Assembly (NCBI GenBank): GCA_902793005.1
Contig: CADBBQ010000001.1
Coordinates: forward strand, 32,860-96,859
Length of the DNA stretch: 64,000 nucleotides
Source of the DNA: an uncultured Pseudomonadota bacterium
Lineage (GTDB): Bacteria > Pseudomonadota > Alphaproteobacteria > Rs-D84
Reading direction: 5' to 3'
Below are positions 37,394-47,321 of the stretch, piece by piece. The position numbers and the translations under genes were made by a program. The notes beneath the pieces were generated by a model. That model worked only from the letters and a program-made list of their open reading frames with translations. It had not been told where the DNA came from and ran no database searches. The stretch's first letter is position 1. Every line of letters starts with the position of its first letter.

Positions 37394-38899
37394 ATGAAAA
37401 AAATATTAAGCCTCGTACTGGGGCTGTTGTGGGCTGTGCCCGTATTGGCACAAGAAAATTATTTATCCGCACTGTCATTATCTGGCACTTTTGTTACGGG
37501 CGCCGAAAAACCATATAAAATCCCCGTACGTGTCAGCAACGGCGAAACATCGCAAACCGGATACATTTACGCCAATGCGCCTGTATATAAATTAAGTAAT
37601 TACGCCGACGTGGTTGATTTTCAAACGGGAAAAATTACACGCAATATTAAAAAAGATGTTTTTACCGGAGCAGAAGCCTGGGGATATTCCGGATATGCAC
37701 CGGGCAGATTATTTATATTTAATAACAACGCAAAAAAAGAACTTGCGCTGGGGGCAAGTAATTATTACCCATTTGTAAACAACATAAGCGAAGATATGCC
37801 AGATAAAAGTTTTTCCATCCAAGGATATTCAACAACCCAAAACGGCATATTTTTAAACGATAAAAGTTATACATCCGCGGCTGCGTGGAAAGCGCATTTA
37901 ACTGAATTATATAATGCGGGACGACCGTTGGAAATATATGTTGTGACAAACACGCCCACGGTCGAAGAAATTAATTTATCAACTTTGCCACAAATGTCTG
38001 GAAATGTGACATACCAAGTAATATTCCCAGAACCACAAATTGCAATTGCTACAACCAAATACAACGAAACGAAATTTTCGCCGCTGAATACGGCGTTGCA
38101 AAATGCGATTTCGGTGGTGGACACGGTCGTGTCGAACACGATTACTCAGGCCGGGCGGATTGCGACTTTGCAGGCACAAAAACAAACCCGACCGAACGAC
38201 ATTGCGGACGACAATGAAAAATGCCCCGCCGGCAAAAAGTGCCTGCTGGTCGAAGACGCCAGCGGTGTCCCACATTGGTACGAGATTGTAACAAGTCGCT
38301 TGCCCGACGGCTATACCGAATTGCAGTATATCGAAAGCACAGGAACGCAGTATATTGATACGGGGATTGTTGGAAAATCCATTGTTGGTATAGAATATGA
38401 TTTTACTATATTGAACGATATTACTGTTGGTAGTTCGTTATTTGGTACTCGTTTATACGGAAATGTTGGTAGCGGAATAAACTTTGGGCACTCTGCAGAC
38501 GGAAAAGTAACAGTAGATTTTTTTGACGGCTACAGATATACCAGTAATTTATCTTTTGAAAAAAATACCCCTTATAGATTAGTAGTCCAAAATAATAAAT
38601 ATACACTGTATAATGCTATTACTGGCGCGACAGTAGACTCGCATACTTTTAATGCCACGACTAGTGATTTGGAATATGTTGCTGTTTTATTTGGTTTAAA
38701 TAATGGCGGAAGCATTAGTGCGGCGAAAGATTCTGTAAAAGTCACAAGTTGTAAAATATATACGACTAATGGTACAGTGAACCTTGTTCCTGCTAAAAAT
38801 CCAGACGGTGTTGTTGGTATGTATGACACGGACAACGGTGTGTTTTACGAAAACAAAGGTACTGGAACATTTATCGGTGGACAGCCCGTATTTAATTAA
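37394..38899 (+). CDS. Secreted paralog B (502 aa) of the family that includes 5041-7269; function unknown
   Basis: Signal peptide MKKILSLVLGLLWAVPVLAQ, the internal ATG of ORF 37220-38899 with the same RBS context as paralog A. The shared cassette is IAIATTKYNETKFSPLNTALQNAISVVDTVVSNTITQAGRIATLQAQKQTRP...CLLVEDASGVPHWYEIV and YTELQYIESTGTQYIDTG. Confidence 0.7.
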   Translation: MKKILSLVLGLLWAVPVLAQENYLSALSLSGTFVTGAEKPYKIPVRVSNGETSQTGYIYANAPVYKLSNYADVVDFQTGKITRNIKKDVFTGAEAWGYSGYAPGRLFIFNNNAKKELALGASNYYPFVNNISEDMPDKSFSIQGYSTTQNGIFLNDKSYTSAAAWKAHLTELYNAGRPLEIYVVTNTPTVEEINLSTLPQMSGNVTYQVIFPEPQIAIATTKYNETKFSPLNTALQNAISVVDTVVSNTITQAGRIATLQAQKQTRPNDIADDNEKCPAGKKCLLVEDASGVPHWYEIVTSRLPDGYTELQYIESTGTQYIDTGIVGKSIVGIEYDFTILNDITVGSSLFGTRLYGNVGSGINFGHSADGKVTVDFFDGYRYTSNLSFEKNTPYRLVVQNNKYTLYNAITGATVDSHTFNATTSDLEYVAVLFGLNNGGSISAAKDSVKVTSCKIYTTNGTVNLVPAKNPDGVVGMYDTDNGVFYENKGTGTFIGGQPVFN

Positions 38900-39008
38900 A
38901 TACGGGTTGTAATGTGTTGGGGGCGGGCTTGTTTCCTGGGGCGACAATCCGATACAAATTGTGCGGGTCTTGATTTATAATAATGTCGCACAACCAAAGG
39001 AACGAGTT

Positions 39009-39230
39009 ATGGAAAAAAAGAAACAAAATCCCCAACACAAATCGTTAAAAAAAACACCGTCTAAAAAATCTGTGGCAACAAAAAAATCCAGTGTCGCAAA
39101 GCGTAAAAACGCAAGTGAAACGCATTGGATTGAATCGCGCGCCCGGTTGGTGAAAATTATGGAGGCCGCGGGTTTCGTGCCAGAAAAATGCGCGATTATG
39201 ATTACGCATCGTAAACGTCCCGACAGATAA
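39009..39230 (+). CDS. Small lysine-rich basic protein; hypothetical
   Basis: MEKKKQNPQHKSLKKTPSKKSVATKKSSVAKRKN.... ORF only; start taken at the internal Met of ORF 38961-39230. Confidence 0.3.
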   Translation: MEKKKQNPQHKSLKKTPSKKSVATKKSSVAKRKNASETHWIESRARLVKIMEAAGFVPEKCAIMITHRKRPDR

Positions 39231-39320
39231 CCCTAAAAAACAAAAATTCTGTGTAAAAAAACCGCCGGCAATTACTTGACGGCGGCTTCTCCTCTCCTTC
39301 CGGTCTCCCGGAAACTGTGT

Positions 39321-39653
39321 TTAGGCGGCACGGACGTGACGTTCTGCGCCCTCGGTGTCGTTATCCATAATCTTTTTCGCCTCGGCAAAAACCATTTCTT
39401 TGACTTTCAATGCCAAATCGTGTGTTTCCAAGCTTTCGGCCGCAACATCAAAATTATCGGTTCTGATTTGCAAAGACACATACGCACCGACCAATGACGC
39501 GCGTGATAAATCTTCGATAGAACGTGGCGCATTATTGTGACCAATATGCAATTCATCACTTAATGACACGATTTGTCTGTCTTGATTTACCCAAACGGTT
39601 GTGTTTAAAACCTGGTCCAGTGCAATCATTATTTGTTTGATATTTTTTTGCAT
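39321..39653 (-). CDS. Hypothetical protein (110 aa), possibly ZapA-like
   Basis: Size and a vague pattern (IEDLSRASLVGAYVSLQI) resemble ZapA. Divergent from mraZ. Weak. Confidence 0.25.
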   Translation of the reverse strand: MQKNIKQIMIALDQVLNTTVWVNQDRQIVSLSDELHIGHNNAPRSIEDLSRASLVGAYVSLQIRTDNFDVAAESLETHDLALKVKEMVFAEAKKIMDNDTEGAERHVRAA

Positions 39654-39942
39654 TGTGTGGGTCCCTCCTTTCCGGGTGTATTGGTTTGTTTGGTGGTTTA
39701 ACCTGTATTTACAAGCGTATTTACAAAATCAAACCATCGTTTGGTTGTTTTTATTTGCTTTTTTGCCAGAAAACCGGGGTTTTCAGGCGGTTTAGAACTC
39801 TTTCCCCATGTCTATACAAACAGTTTAGAACAAAAACGAATCGCAGGTCAAGAGAAAAAATGATTTATTTGAAAAATATTTTAAAAAATATCAAATTGTC
39901 TTGTAAAACCATAAAATCCCATAATTTGATTATGAATTGTCA

Positions 39943-39971
39943 TTGACAATGGAAAAATCGCGTGCTATTCT
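39943..39971 (+). promoter_or_regulatory. Putative sigma70 promoter for mraZ (TTGACA-17 nt-TATTCT)
   Basis: cattgacaatggaaaaatcgcgtgctattctg, with consensus -35 and near-consensus -10 at 17-bp spacing, about 55 nt upstream of the mraZ ATG. Confidence 0.4.
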
Positions 39972-40027
39972 GAATACACGAAGTACGAAGCGGGCCGGGA
40001 AAGTCCCGAAAAAATTGGGTTATACAG

Positions 40028-40471
40028 ATGTCATTGTTTCTCTCATCTTATGAAAATCGTTTGGATTCCAAGGGGCGGATTTCTGTCCCGGCGTCCTTTC
40101 GTGCTTCGTTAAACAATGAAAAATTTGCCGGCGTGGTGCTGTATCGTTCGTTTACAAATAATTGTATCGAGGGGTTATCAATGTCGCGTATGGAATCTTT
40201 GGCGGCGGCAACCGACAAAATGGGCGTGTTTGATAATACGTTGGATGATTTGTCGGCGATGCTGTTTGCTGATGCGCGGCCATTACAATTTGATGTGACG
40301 GGGCGCATTGTAATCCCGGCGGATTTGTTGGCACACGCGGGAATAGGGGACACGGCATTATTCGTCGGTCGCGGGAACAGTTTTCAAATCTGGGATCCGG
40401 CGGCGTTCCGTGCGGCGCAAGAAAAATCGTTGAAAAATCTGCGCGCGTCGCGTCCGAATTTGGTGATATAA
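40028..40471 (+). CDS. mraZ: Transcriptional regulator MraZ
   Basis: Two SpoVT/AbrB-like halves (NRLDSKGRISVPASFR; VTGRIVIPADLL) with the characteristic DxxxR motifs. 147 aa. Confidence 0.88.
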   Translation: MSLFLSSYENRLDSKGRISVPASFRASLNNEKFAGVVLYRSFTNNCIEGLSMSRMESLAAATDKMGVFDNTLDDLSAMLFADARPLQFDVTGRIVIPADLLAHAGIGDTALFVGRGNSFQIWDPAAFRAAQEKSLKNLRASRPNLVI

Positions 40472-40581
40472 CATCGCATATTTAATACCGAATTTTATCA
40501 GTCAAAAATTTAGCAAAAAAATTTAGCAAAAAACATTAGCAAAAAATTGCCGCAATCTTTCGAAAAATTGCGGCAAAATAA

Positions 40582-40612
40582 AAACCCCGTTTCCGGGGCT
40601 TTATTTTTAGTT
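40582..40612. terminator. Bidirectional terminator between mraZ and the convergent cysteine-rich protein gene
   Basis: aaaaccccgtttccggggctttatttttag. It is preceded by a 3x tandem repeat of aaaaatttagcaaaa at 40495-40540. Confidence 0.55.
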
Positions 40613-42958
40613 GCACGTTGTTCCAGATTTCATACTGCAAGTACCGCCGTTAGGGTTGCTGGTATTAGTGGTCCAAGTGCAAACCAGTCCTTTGGATGTC
40701 GTAGAACCATCAGAGTTCAAGCAATATCCACGCATTTCCCCACATTCGGTGGGATCTGTGATGGATTCACACGCCGTGCGTATTTCGGGTGTTGATTCGA
40801 ACATTTCAATACTGGCGTATGTGCCGGTTACCCAGGTTTTCATTTCGTTCGATGAAATGTTGCCAAAGATATTTCCGTTAACCGACATACACGTTTTGAT
40901 TTGGGCATAGCACGAATTGATTGCTGTTTTAGACTTTGTGCTGTCCGGGTTTGCATCATCATAACTGTTCGAACTCAGGCAGTTTTGAACATCTTTGACG
41001 CAGTCGGTTGCGTATGATGCCAACAATTCGTCTTGTTGCATTTTGATTTGCACCAATGCGCGTTGCATAAAGTTTTTAATAACTTCGTTGTCTTGTTTAT
41101 ATGTTTTTTTGCTGCCCTTGGTTTCATATGTGTAATCTTGGCATTTGTTTAAAACCTCCATACACATACCATAGTCTTTGTTTGAACTGTCGTCGTGATA
41201 TCCGATTTTGTTCTGTAAAAATCCAGACATTTTATCAGACGGTGTTTGTGCCGCGCCCGCAACCACGGTTTGATTTATGTAATCAACCAATGTGATTGCA
41301 TCGCCATTGTTGCCCGTGTTTGTTGGGTCTTTGGCCCACGGGTTTTTGGCGTTTGCACCAGTGCCGACGGTCCAAGTGTTAAACAAGTTTTCGTGTGAAT
41401 ATGTCGAACTGATAGAACCATCGCTGTTTTTGGATACATCTTCGGTGTTATTGCCCGGCATACTGCCCACGACAACCGCACCATTTACGATATATTGACC
41501 GGTTGGATCCATACAACTTTCGTAATCAGAACCGCATACATAATCGTCTTGCATACATGATTCCAAATTCTGGACGCATTGACGCAGGTTGTATTCGTTT
41601 TTATTTTGCGCAACCATCAAACGCGCGCGTTTCAAAACCTCTTTGGCGTTCGCGACGGTTTGTGTCATTTGTTGATTTGATTCGGTCAATGCGCGTTCAT
41701 ATGCCAAACACGCCTTGTCGATTTCCAAATCATATGAATTCGTTACAACGGCGGCGTCAACCCCTTGGGCGGTGCAAGAATTCAAGACAGATGCCCGGCA
41801 ACGCGCAACGGCGGTTTTATATAAAGATTCGCCACGTTGATTTGAAATGCTGTTGGTGTTGTTGGATGTTGTATTCATAAATGTACTTAAATCAAATCCA
41901 AAATCACCCATATCGAAATTTAATAATCCCGATAAATCGAAATTCATTGTGTTGCCCGTGTCAGATACCGATGCGGTGCCACTTTTTACATCGACAACCA
42001 TACGTTTTACGCGGTCCAAACTGGAACGCATAGCGGAATTATCCTTGGCATTTTTCATTGATAATTCGGCCTCGGTCTCGGCAAACAATGTTGTGATTTG
42101 GTCAGCCGATAACCCAATGTATTGAATGTCGCGTGCGACATCTTGTAATGCCTCGGTTGCGGCCTCTAATGCGGCCTCGGTCTTTTCATAATTCTTTAAG
42201 TTTTTGGAACAAGTGCAACGGCCTTGGTTATCATCCAACGCATTACAATAATTATCCATACACGATGCGTATTGCGCCTGGCAATATTCGGTCAGCGCCT
42301 TCATCGTATTCATTTCATTGGTGGTTTCTGTGGCAGATTCCGCGGTTGCAACCGGTGTTGTCGATGCGGCTGTGACACTTGCCGCACGAATAGAGCCGGC
42401 GCGCGTCGCAATCGATGCACGTGCCGCAGATGTTCCCCCACGGGATTGAACCACCGCGTTCGGATTGTATAAAGTTGTTGTTGTATTAATTGATGCCGCG
42501 CGTGCGGTTGAACCCGGACGTTGTTGTGTCGCACCGGTTGTGCTGGCGCCACGACGTGTTGATACAGATGTCGTCCGCATCGGTGTCGTTGTGCCACGTC
42601 CAGACACAACACGTGAACGCACGCTGTTTGTGCGCATTGATGGTGTGCGTGCCGCGCGATTTACCGCCGTCCGCGCCGTTGTCGTCGCGCGTGCACTGGT
42701 GCGCGGCGATGTTGCCTGGCGTGTGGTTTCAGGTTGCGCATCGTTTTTTTCTTCGACGGCACCAGTATCGACGTCATTTAACTCGACATCGGAAAACGTC
42801 AAATCTTCGTCGTAATATGTCGGTACAACCTCGGCAAAGGCCGGTAAAACCAACAAACTGCTAAGCACAACAACCAATCGTTTCATATTTTTCACTCCTA
42901 CTGTTACAAATATTTTATCATATTTAGGGGTATAAAACAAATAAAAAAATAAGTGCAT
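40607..42958 (-). CDS. Large secreted cysteine-rich protein (783 aa) with an N-terminal S/T/R/A low-complexity region; function unknown
   Basis: Signal peptide MKRLVVVLSSLLVLPAFA. Residues ~60-210 are low-complexity (TSPRTSARATTTARTAVNRAARTP...). About 40 Cys then follow in recurring C-x-C-MD-x-Y-C contexts (YCQAQYASCMDNYC...; CVQNLESCMQDDYVCGSDYESCMDPTG), ending ...CTWTTNTSNPNGGTCSMKSGTTCN. Confidence 0.6.
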   Translation of the reverse strand: MHLFFYLFYTPKYDKIFVTVGVKNMKRLVVVLSSLLVLPAFAEVVPTYYDEDLTFSDVELNDVDTGAVEEKNDAQPETTRQATSPRTSARATTTARTAVNRAARTPSMRTNSVRSRVVSGRGTTTPMRTTSVSTRRGASTTGATQQRPGSTARAASINTTTTLYNPNAVVQSRGGTSAARASIATRAGSIRAASVTAASTTPVATAESATETTNEMNTMKALTEYCQAQYASCMDNYCNALDDNQGRCTCSKNLKNYEKTEAALEAATEALQDVARDIQYIGLSADQITTLFAETEAELSMKNAKDNSAMRSSLDRVKRMVVDVKSGTASVSDTGNTMNFDLSGLLNFDMGDFGFDLSTFMNTTSNNTNSISNQRGESLYKTAVARCRASVLNSCTAQGVDAAVVTNSYDLEIDKACLAYERALTESNQQMTQTVANAKEVLKRARLMVAQNKNEYNLRQCVQNLESCMQDDYVCGSDYESCMDPTGQYIVNGAVVVGSMPGNNTEDVSKNSDGSISSTYSHENLFNTWTVGTGANAKNPWAKDPTNTGNNGDAITLVDYINQTVVAGAAQTPSDKMSGFLQNKIGYHDDSSNKDYGMCMEVLNKCQDYTYETKGSKKTYKQDNEVIKNFMQRALVQIKMQQDELLASYATDCVKDVQNCLSSNSYDDANPDSTKSKTAINSCYAQIKTCMSVNGNIFGNISSNEMKTWVTGTYASIEMFESTPEIRTACESITDPTECGEMRGYCLNSDGSTTSKGLVCTWTTNTSNPNGGTCSMKSGTTCN

Positions 42959-42959
42959 T

Positions 42960-43090
42960 AATCGTCATCCCGCGGTCGCGCGGGATCCAGTTTTGCGGAA
43001 CGCAAAACTTGCGTAATAATGCCTAATGACACAAGTTGACGCTTTGCGTCAACTGGATACCGGCCTGCGCCGGTATGACAAAATAACAAG
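42960..43090. repeat. Cluster of four consecutive GC-rich hairpins (dispersed-repeat-like)
   Basis: cccgcggtcgcgcggg; gttttgcggaacgcaaaac; agttgacgctttgcgtcaact; accggcctgcgccggt. The gcgcgggatccag segment recurs at 4319-4340. Confidence 0.55.
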
Positions 43091-43099
43091 GAACCACGA

Positions 43100-43429
43100 T
43101 TAGTGTTGTGCAATAATATGTAAAATAACACTGATGATGAATAATCCGGTTATAACACCCAAGAATATTTTCTGGGGCACGTGGTGGTCGGTGTGGCAAT
43201 CCGCGTCGTCACAACACGGGCATTCGCGTAAAACAAAAATCCAAGACACGCCCAACATTAATGCAGACAAAACAAAAATCCACGGTTCAATCCACTGGGG
43301 AATGTATTCGGCGTGGGCAACCTCGGGCGCAAAGAGTCCCACAATTCCCATTACTACCGGCAACACACAGCAAAAAATGTGTGGCAAAACCGTTGCAATG
43401 ATTCCCAATTTTACAATTTTGTTTTTCAT
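43100..43429 (-). CDS. Small integral membrane protein with a Cys/His metal-binding-like motif; hypothetical
   Basis: Three transmembrane helices plus CPCCDDADCHTDHH. Confidence 0.35.
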   Translation of the reverse strand: MKNKIVKLGIIATVLPHIFCCVLPVVMGIVGLFAPEVAHAEYIPQWIEPWIFVLSALMLGVSWIFVLRECPCCDDADCHTDHHVPQKIFLGVITGLFIISVILHIIAQH

Positions 43430-43558
43430 ATGTTTTTCTTTAAATAAAGTTTTTGTGTCCGCTTACATTCACTGCGTTCATTACAGCGAGACATCCGTTT
43501 CTCTAACTCTACATCTCGATTGCGGGTGCAATCTCGCTGTAGCGTAAGCGAAAGCGGA

Positions 43559-43633
43559 TGGTATCCCCAGCAGGAATCGAACCTGCATCAGAGGTTTAGG
43601 AAACCCCCGTTCTATCCAGTTGAACTATGGGGA
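43559..43633 (-). tRNA. tRNA-Arg (anticodon CCT)
   Basis: Reverse complement: gcgttcgtccccatagttcaactggatagaacgggggtttCCTaaacctctgatgcaggttcgattcctgctggggatacca, with cloverleaf, GTTCGATTC T-loop and encoded CCA. Confidence 0.85.
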
Positions 43634-43755
43634 CGAACGCAAATATTTTAATCAAATTAAAACATAAAATCAACTATTCGCAAAAAAACAAATAAATGTT
43701 GATTTTTTTATGCGTATCGATATAATAATTACGAAAAAACAAAGGGAAATTCAAA

Positions 43756-44046
43756 ATGGCAACGATAACCCGTAATGATTTGGCGTCCCGCCTGCGTGAC
43801 CAATTTGGGCTGACTGCGACGGATGCATACAAAATGATTGATATTATTTTCCAAGAAATTGGTGATGCATTAACCAATGGCGAGGATGTAAAACTGTCCG
43901 GTTTTGGTACATTTAAAATTTTGACCAAGCCTGCGCGCATTGGCCGTAACCCAAAAACGGGGGTGCCGGCGGTGATATCTGCGCGTCGCGTGGCGGCATT
44001 TCGCCCCAGTGCTGAATTTCGCACCCGCGTCGGGAATAAAGATTAA
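43756..44046 (+). CDS. Integration host factor / HU-family DNA-binding protein
   Basis: 96 aa with GFGTF...R.GRNPKTG arm (FGTFKILTKPARIGRNPKTGVPAVISARRVAAFRPS). The IHF-type proline arm is followed by a terminator (44046-44074). Confidence 0.85.
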   Translation: MATITRNDLASRLRDQFGLTATDAYKMIDIIFQEIGDALTNGEDVKLSGFGTFKILTKPARIGRNPKTGVPAVISARRVAAFRPSAEFRTRVGNKD

Positions 44047-44193
44047 AAAAACCGACCATCTGGTCGGTTTTTTCAAAGTTCAATTTTCAAAGTGCAGTCA
44101 ATGCTTCGAACAGGATTTTAATTGTTTTATAATTCATCATTTGAACTCTGTACTTTGAACTTTGTACTCTGGTAAAAAATCCTGATGGATTTT

Positions 44194-46194
44194 TTACCAA
44201 ATCTTTACTCTGCTTTCCGGTGCAACATACATTTTGTCGCCCGAGGCTACACCAAATGCGTCATACCAGGCATCAATATGTGGCAATATCCCGTTCACGC
44301 GCCAGCGTTCTAACGAATGTTCGTTTGTCTTGGTTTGTTTTAATATTGCCTCGTCCCGGATGTTGCCGGCCCAGTTTGTCGCGTATGAAATAAAGAATCT
44401 TTGTACATCGGTAAATCCGTCAGCACTCTCGGTGCGATTGCCAAAATTCATATACGCCGTATATGCAACCGTTATGCCACCATAGTCCGCCAAATTTTCA
44501 CCCAATGTAAATTCGCCATTTGCGTGCACATTTGGTGCAACAATGATGTTGTTGAAAAAGTCCCGCATAACATTTGCGCGCGCAACAAAAGATTTTGCAT
44601 CCGTATCCCCCCACCAATCGCGCATATTACCGTTTTCATCAAATTGACGACCGCTGTCATCAAATCCGTGTGTCATTTCGTGGCCAATCACCGCACCAAT
44701 CGCGCCATAGTTAAACGCATCGTCCGCCGTCATATCAAAAAATGGATATTGTAAAATTCCGGCCGGAAAACAGATTTCATTTGTTGTTGGATCATAATAC
44801 GCATTGACCTCGTGTGCGTTCATAAACCAAATGTTTGGATCTTTCTTTTGACCAATTTTATCCAACCAAAACCGGTCTTCGAATTCTGCAACACGAATCA
44901 TATTGTCGTATAAAGAATCGTCGCGGATTTCCAGTTTTGAATAATCGCGCCAAACATCCGGATATCCAATTTTTGCACGAAAAGTATTTAATTTTTTCAA
45001 CGCCTGATGTTTTGTATTCTCACTCATCCAATCCAATTGTTCGATGCGCATTTTTAATGCAGATTGCAAGTTTTTCACCAATGTCTGCATACGTTTTTTT
45101 GCCGCATCCGAAAAATATTTTTTTACATACAACCGCCCGATTTCTTCGCCCAACGACCCATCCAGCATTGCAACGGCGCGTTTCCAACGAGGCTTTTTTT
45201 CCGCCTGGCCGGATAAAACACGTGAAAAATCAAATGCAATGTCATATGTTTTGTCGTCTAAAAAACCGTCCGCAGAACTGATTAAAAACCATTTTAAGTA
45301 TGCTTTTAATAAATCTAAATCCACGGTGTTTATGATTTTAATAGATTCCGCAATCGGTTCGATTTGATTTACATTTATATATTCCGGTGCGATGCCGCGT
45401 GCGCGAAAATATGCGTCCCAATCAAACCCGGGCAGTTCAGATTTTAATTGTGCAATTGGCATTTTATGATAATTTGCAACCGGGTCACGCAACTTTTCTT
45501 TTTTAAAGAAAGATTTTGCCATACGTTTTTCCAATTCAAATATTTTTTTTGCGTCCACCTTTACACCAAAGTTTTCCATTTGTTTTGAAATATATTCAAT
45601 GTATTTTTTGCGAACCTCGACAGATTTATCATCATTATCAAAGTAATAATCACGTGACAAACCAATGCCGCCTTGGCCGATGTTATATAAATAATGTTCG
45701 CTGTCTTTTTCATCTAATCCAACGCCGTCACTGAAAAATCCGCCAGAAAACGTGTGAAATTTACCCAAAAATTCCGGCAACTCTGAACGAGATTTTATCG
45801 CATCAATTTGCTGCAAATATTTTGCAACCGGCGCAGTGCCGTCCGTGTTTAATTTTTTTTCATCCATTGCGATTTTATACAGTTTTCCAATTTTGCCTTT
45901 ATCATTTTCGGCAATATCACGCACGCGCGCCAAGTTAGTATTTACCAATACATCAAACATACCATACCGGGAATAGTCCGCCGGAATAGGATTTGCGTTG
46001 CGCCATCCGCGTGTTGCAAAATCATAAAAATCATCGCCCGGTTTAACGGTTAAATCCATATCGTTTAATTTTATTCCTGTATCCATTTTCTTTCCTTTTG
46101 TTTCAAAAAACGCAACCGCCAATGCCACGACCACGGCGCAAATTCCAATAATGTTCAAAAATTTATGTTCCATAAATCTACCCCAAAATATCAA
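44194..46194 (-). CDS. M13-family zinc metallopeptidase (PepO/neprilysin-like endopeptidase)
   Basis: HEMTHGFDD (HExxH) and ENLADYGG (ExxxD) motifs. An N-terminal transmembrane/signal segment. 666 aa. Confidence 0.85.
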   Translation of the reverse strand: MIFWGRFMEHKFLNIIGICAVVVALAVAFFETKGKKMDTGIKLNDMDLTVKPGDDFYDFATRGWRNANPIPADYSRYGMFDVLVNTNLARVRDIAENDKGKIGKLYKIAMDEKKLNTDGTAPVAKYLQQIDAIKSRSELPEFLGKFHTFSGGFFSDGVGLDEKDSEHYLYNIGQGGIGLSRDYYFDNDDKSVEVRKKYIEYISKQMENFGVKVDAKKIFELEKRMAKSFFKKEKLRDPVANYHKMPIAQLKSELPGFDWDAYFRARGIAPEYINVNQIEPIAESIKIINTVDLDLLKAYLKWFLISSADGFLDDKTYDIAFDFSRVLSGQAEKKPRWKRAVAMLDGSLGEEIGRLYVKKYFSDAAKKRMQTLVKNLQSALKMRIEQLDWMSENTKHQALKKLNTFRAKIGYPDVWRDYSKLEIRDDSLYDNMIRVAEFEDRFWLDKIGQKKDPNIWFMNAHEVNAYYDPTTNEICFPAGILQYPFFDMTADDAFNYGAIGAVIGHEMTHGFDDSGRQFDENGNMRDWWGDTDAKSFVARANVMRDFFNNIIVAPNVHANGEFTLGENLADYGGITVAYTAYMNFGNRTESADGFTDVQRFFISYATNWAGNIRDEAILKQTKTNEHSLERWRVNGILPHIDAWYDAFGVASGDKMYVAPESRVKIW

Positions 46195-47233
46195 CCAATA
46201 AATCGTCCAGTATTAAAATGCCGGCATCCGTTGCGTAAATTCGGTTGCCATCAATTTTAACCAACGCATTATGTGAATTTATAAAATCAAAATCCAGAAT
46301 ATTTTTTATATCATCATCAATCACGGTCCCGCGCAAAGTGCGTAATCCTGTCATTAATTTTTCGATTGCGCGTGTTTTATTGTCGATTGCATCAAATTGA
46401 ATATCGCCACCCGATTGTTCAAACCATTGGTTTTCCATAAATATACGTCCACGTGCGCCAAAACCTAAACCGATATATGGTGCGCCCGCCCAAATGTTTT
46501 CATTGTGTTGGCACGTGTGGCCCGCCGCGGCATAATTAGAAACCTCGTACCGGGGCAATTTTAAATTGTCTTGGATTGCCAGATACATATCCGCCATTAT
46601 ATTATTGTCGGGCATTTTTAAATTCATCCGCCCAAACGGAGTGTTTTTTTCAATCGTCAATTCGTATAAAGACGCGTGTTGCAATCCAATTTTGTTTATC
46701 TGGTCACATAACCGAATAATGTTTTCCACATTGTGATTGGGCAGGCCGTAAATAAAATCCGCACTGACGCGTATGTTTTTTTTCATTGCGCCATCCAATA
46801 ATTTTATTGCGGTTGTGGCATCGTGTCGCCGTCCCAAAAATTTTAATTCATCATCATCAAATGATTGAACGCCCACGGACAATCGTGACACGCCACATTT
46901 AATAAAATCGTCCAGTTTTTGTGTGTCCAATGTTCCCGGATTTGATTCCAATGTAATTTCCGCACATTCAGATAAATCAAATTTTGTCGCAATATGTTTT
47001 ATAATCTTGTCAAAAATATCCACAGGCATCAAACTGGGTGTGCCACCACCAAAAAATATTGTTGGTATTTTAATGCGGTCTAATTTATTGTGCCAAAAAT
47101 CAATCTCGGATAAAACTTGTGATTCATAAGATTCCCAATCTGGTGAAATTGCGCGTGAAAAAAAAGCACAATAATTGCATTTAGAAATGCAATATGGAAC
47201 GTGTATATAAATGTTGTGCGCTGGATTCATCAA
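46178..47233 (-). CDS. hemW: Radical-SAM family heme chaperone HemW (HemN-like)
   Basis: YIHVPYCISKCNYCAFFS (CxxxCxxC radical-SAM) and a HemN C-terminal domain. 351 aa. Confidence 0.8.
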   Translation of the reverse strand: MMNPAHNIYIHVPYCISKCNYCAFFSRAISPDWESYESQVLSEIDFWHNKLDRIKIPTIFFGGGTPSLMPVDIFDKIIKHIATKFDLSECAEITLESNPGTLDTQKLDDFIKCGVSRLSVGVQSFDDDELKFLGRRHDATTAIKLLDGAMKKNIRVSADFIYGLPNHNVENIIRLCDQINKIGLQHASLYELTIEKNTPFGRMNLKMPDNNIMADMYLAIQDNLKLPRYEVSNYAAAGHTCQHNENIWAGAPYIGLGFGARGRIFMENQWFEQSGGDIQFDAIDNKTRAIEKLMTGLRTLRGTVIDDDIKNILDFDFINSHNALVKIDGNRIYATDAGILILDDLLVDILG

Positions 47234-47321
47234 GGTTGATATTACACGTCAAAATAAAAAAATCCAGTAAATCATTTTTTTTATTGCATTGAATATAATT
47301 TTTGTTTCATAATATCAGCAA

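Noticed and set aside
40495-40540. Possible CRISPR-like array (aaaaatttagcaaaa x3).
   Set aside because: Only three short (15-bp) contiguous A-rich repeats with no spacers and no cas genes. This is a simple tandem repeat beside a terminator.
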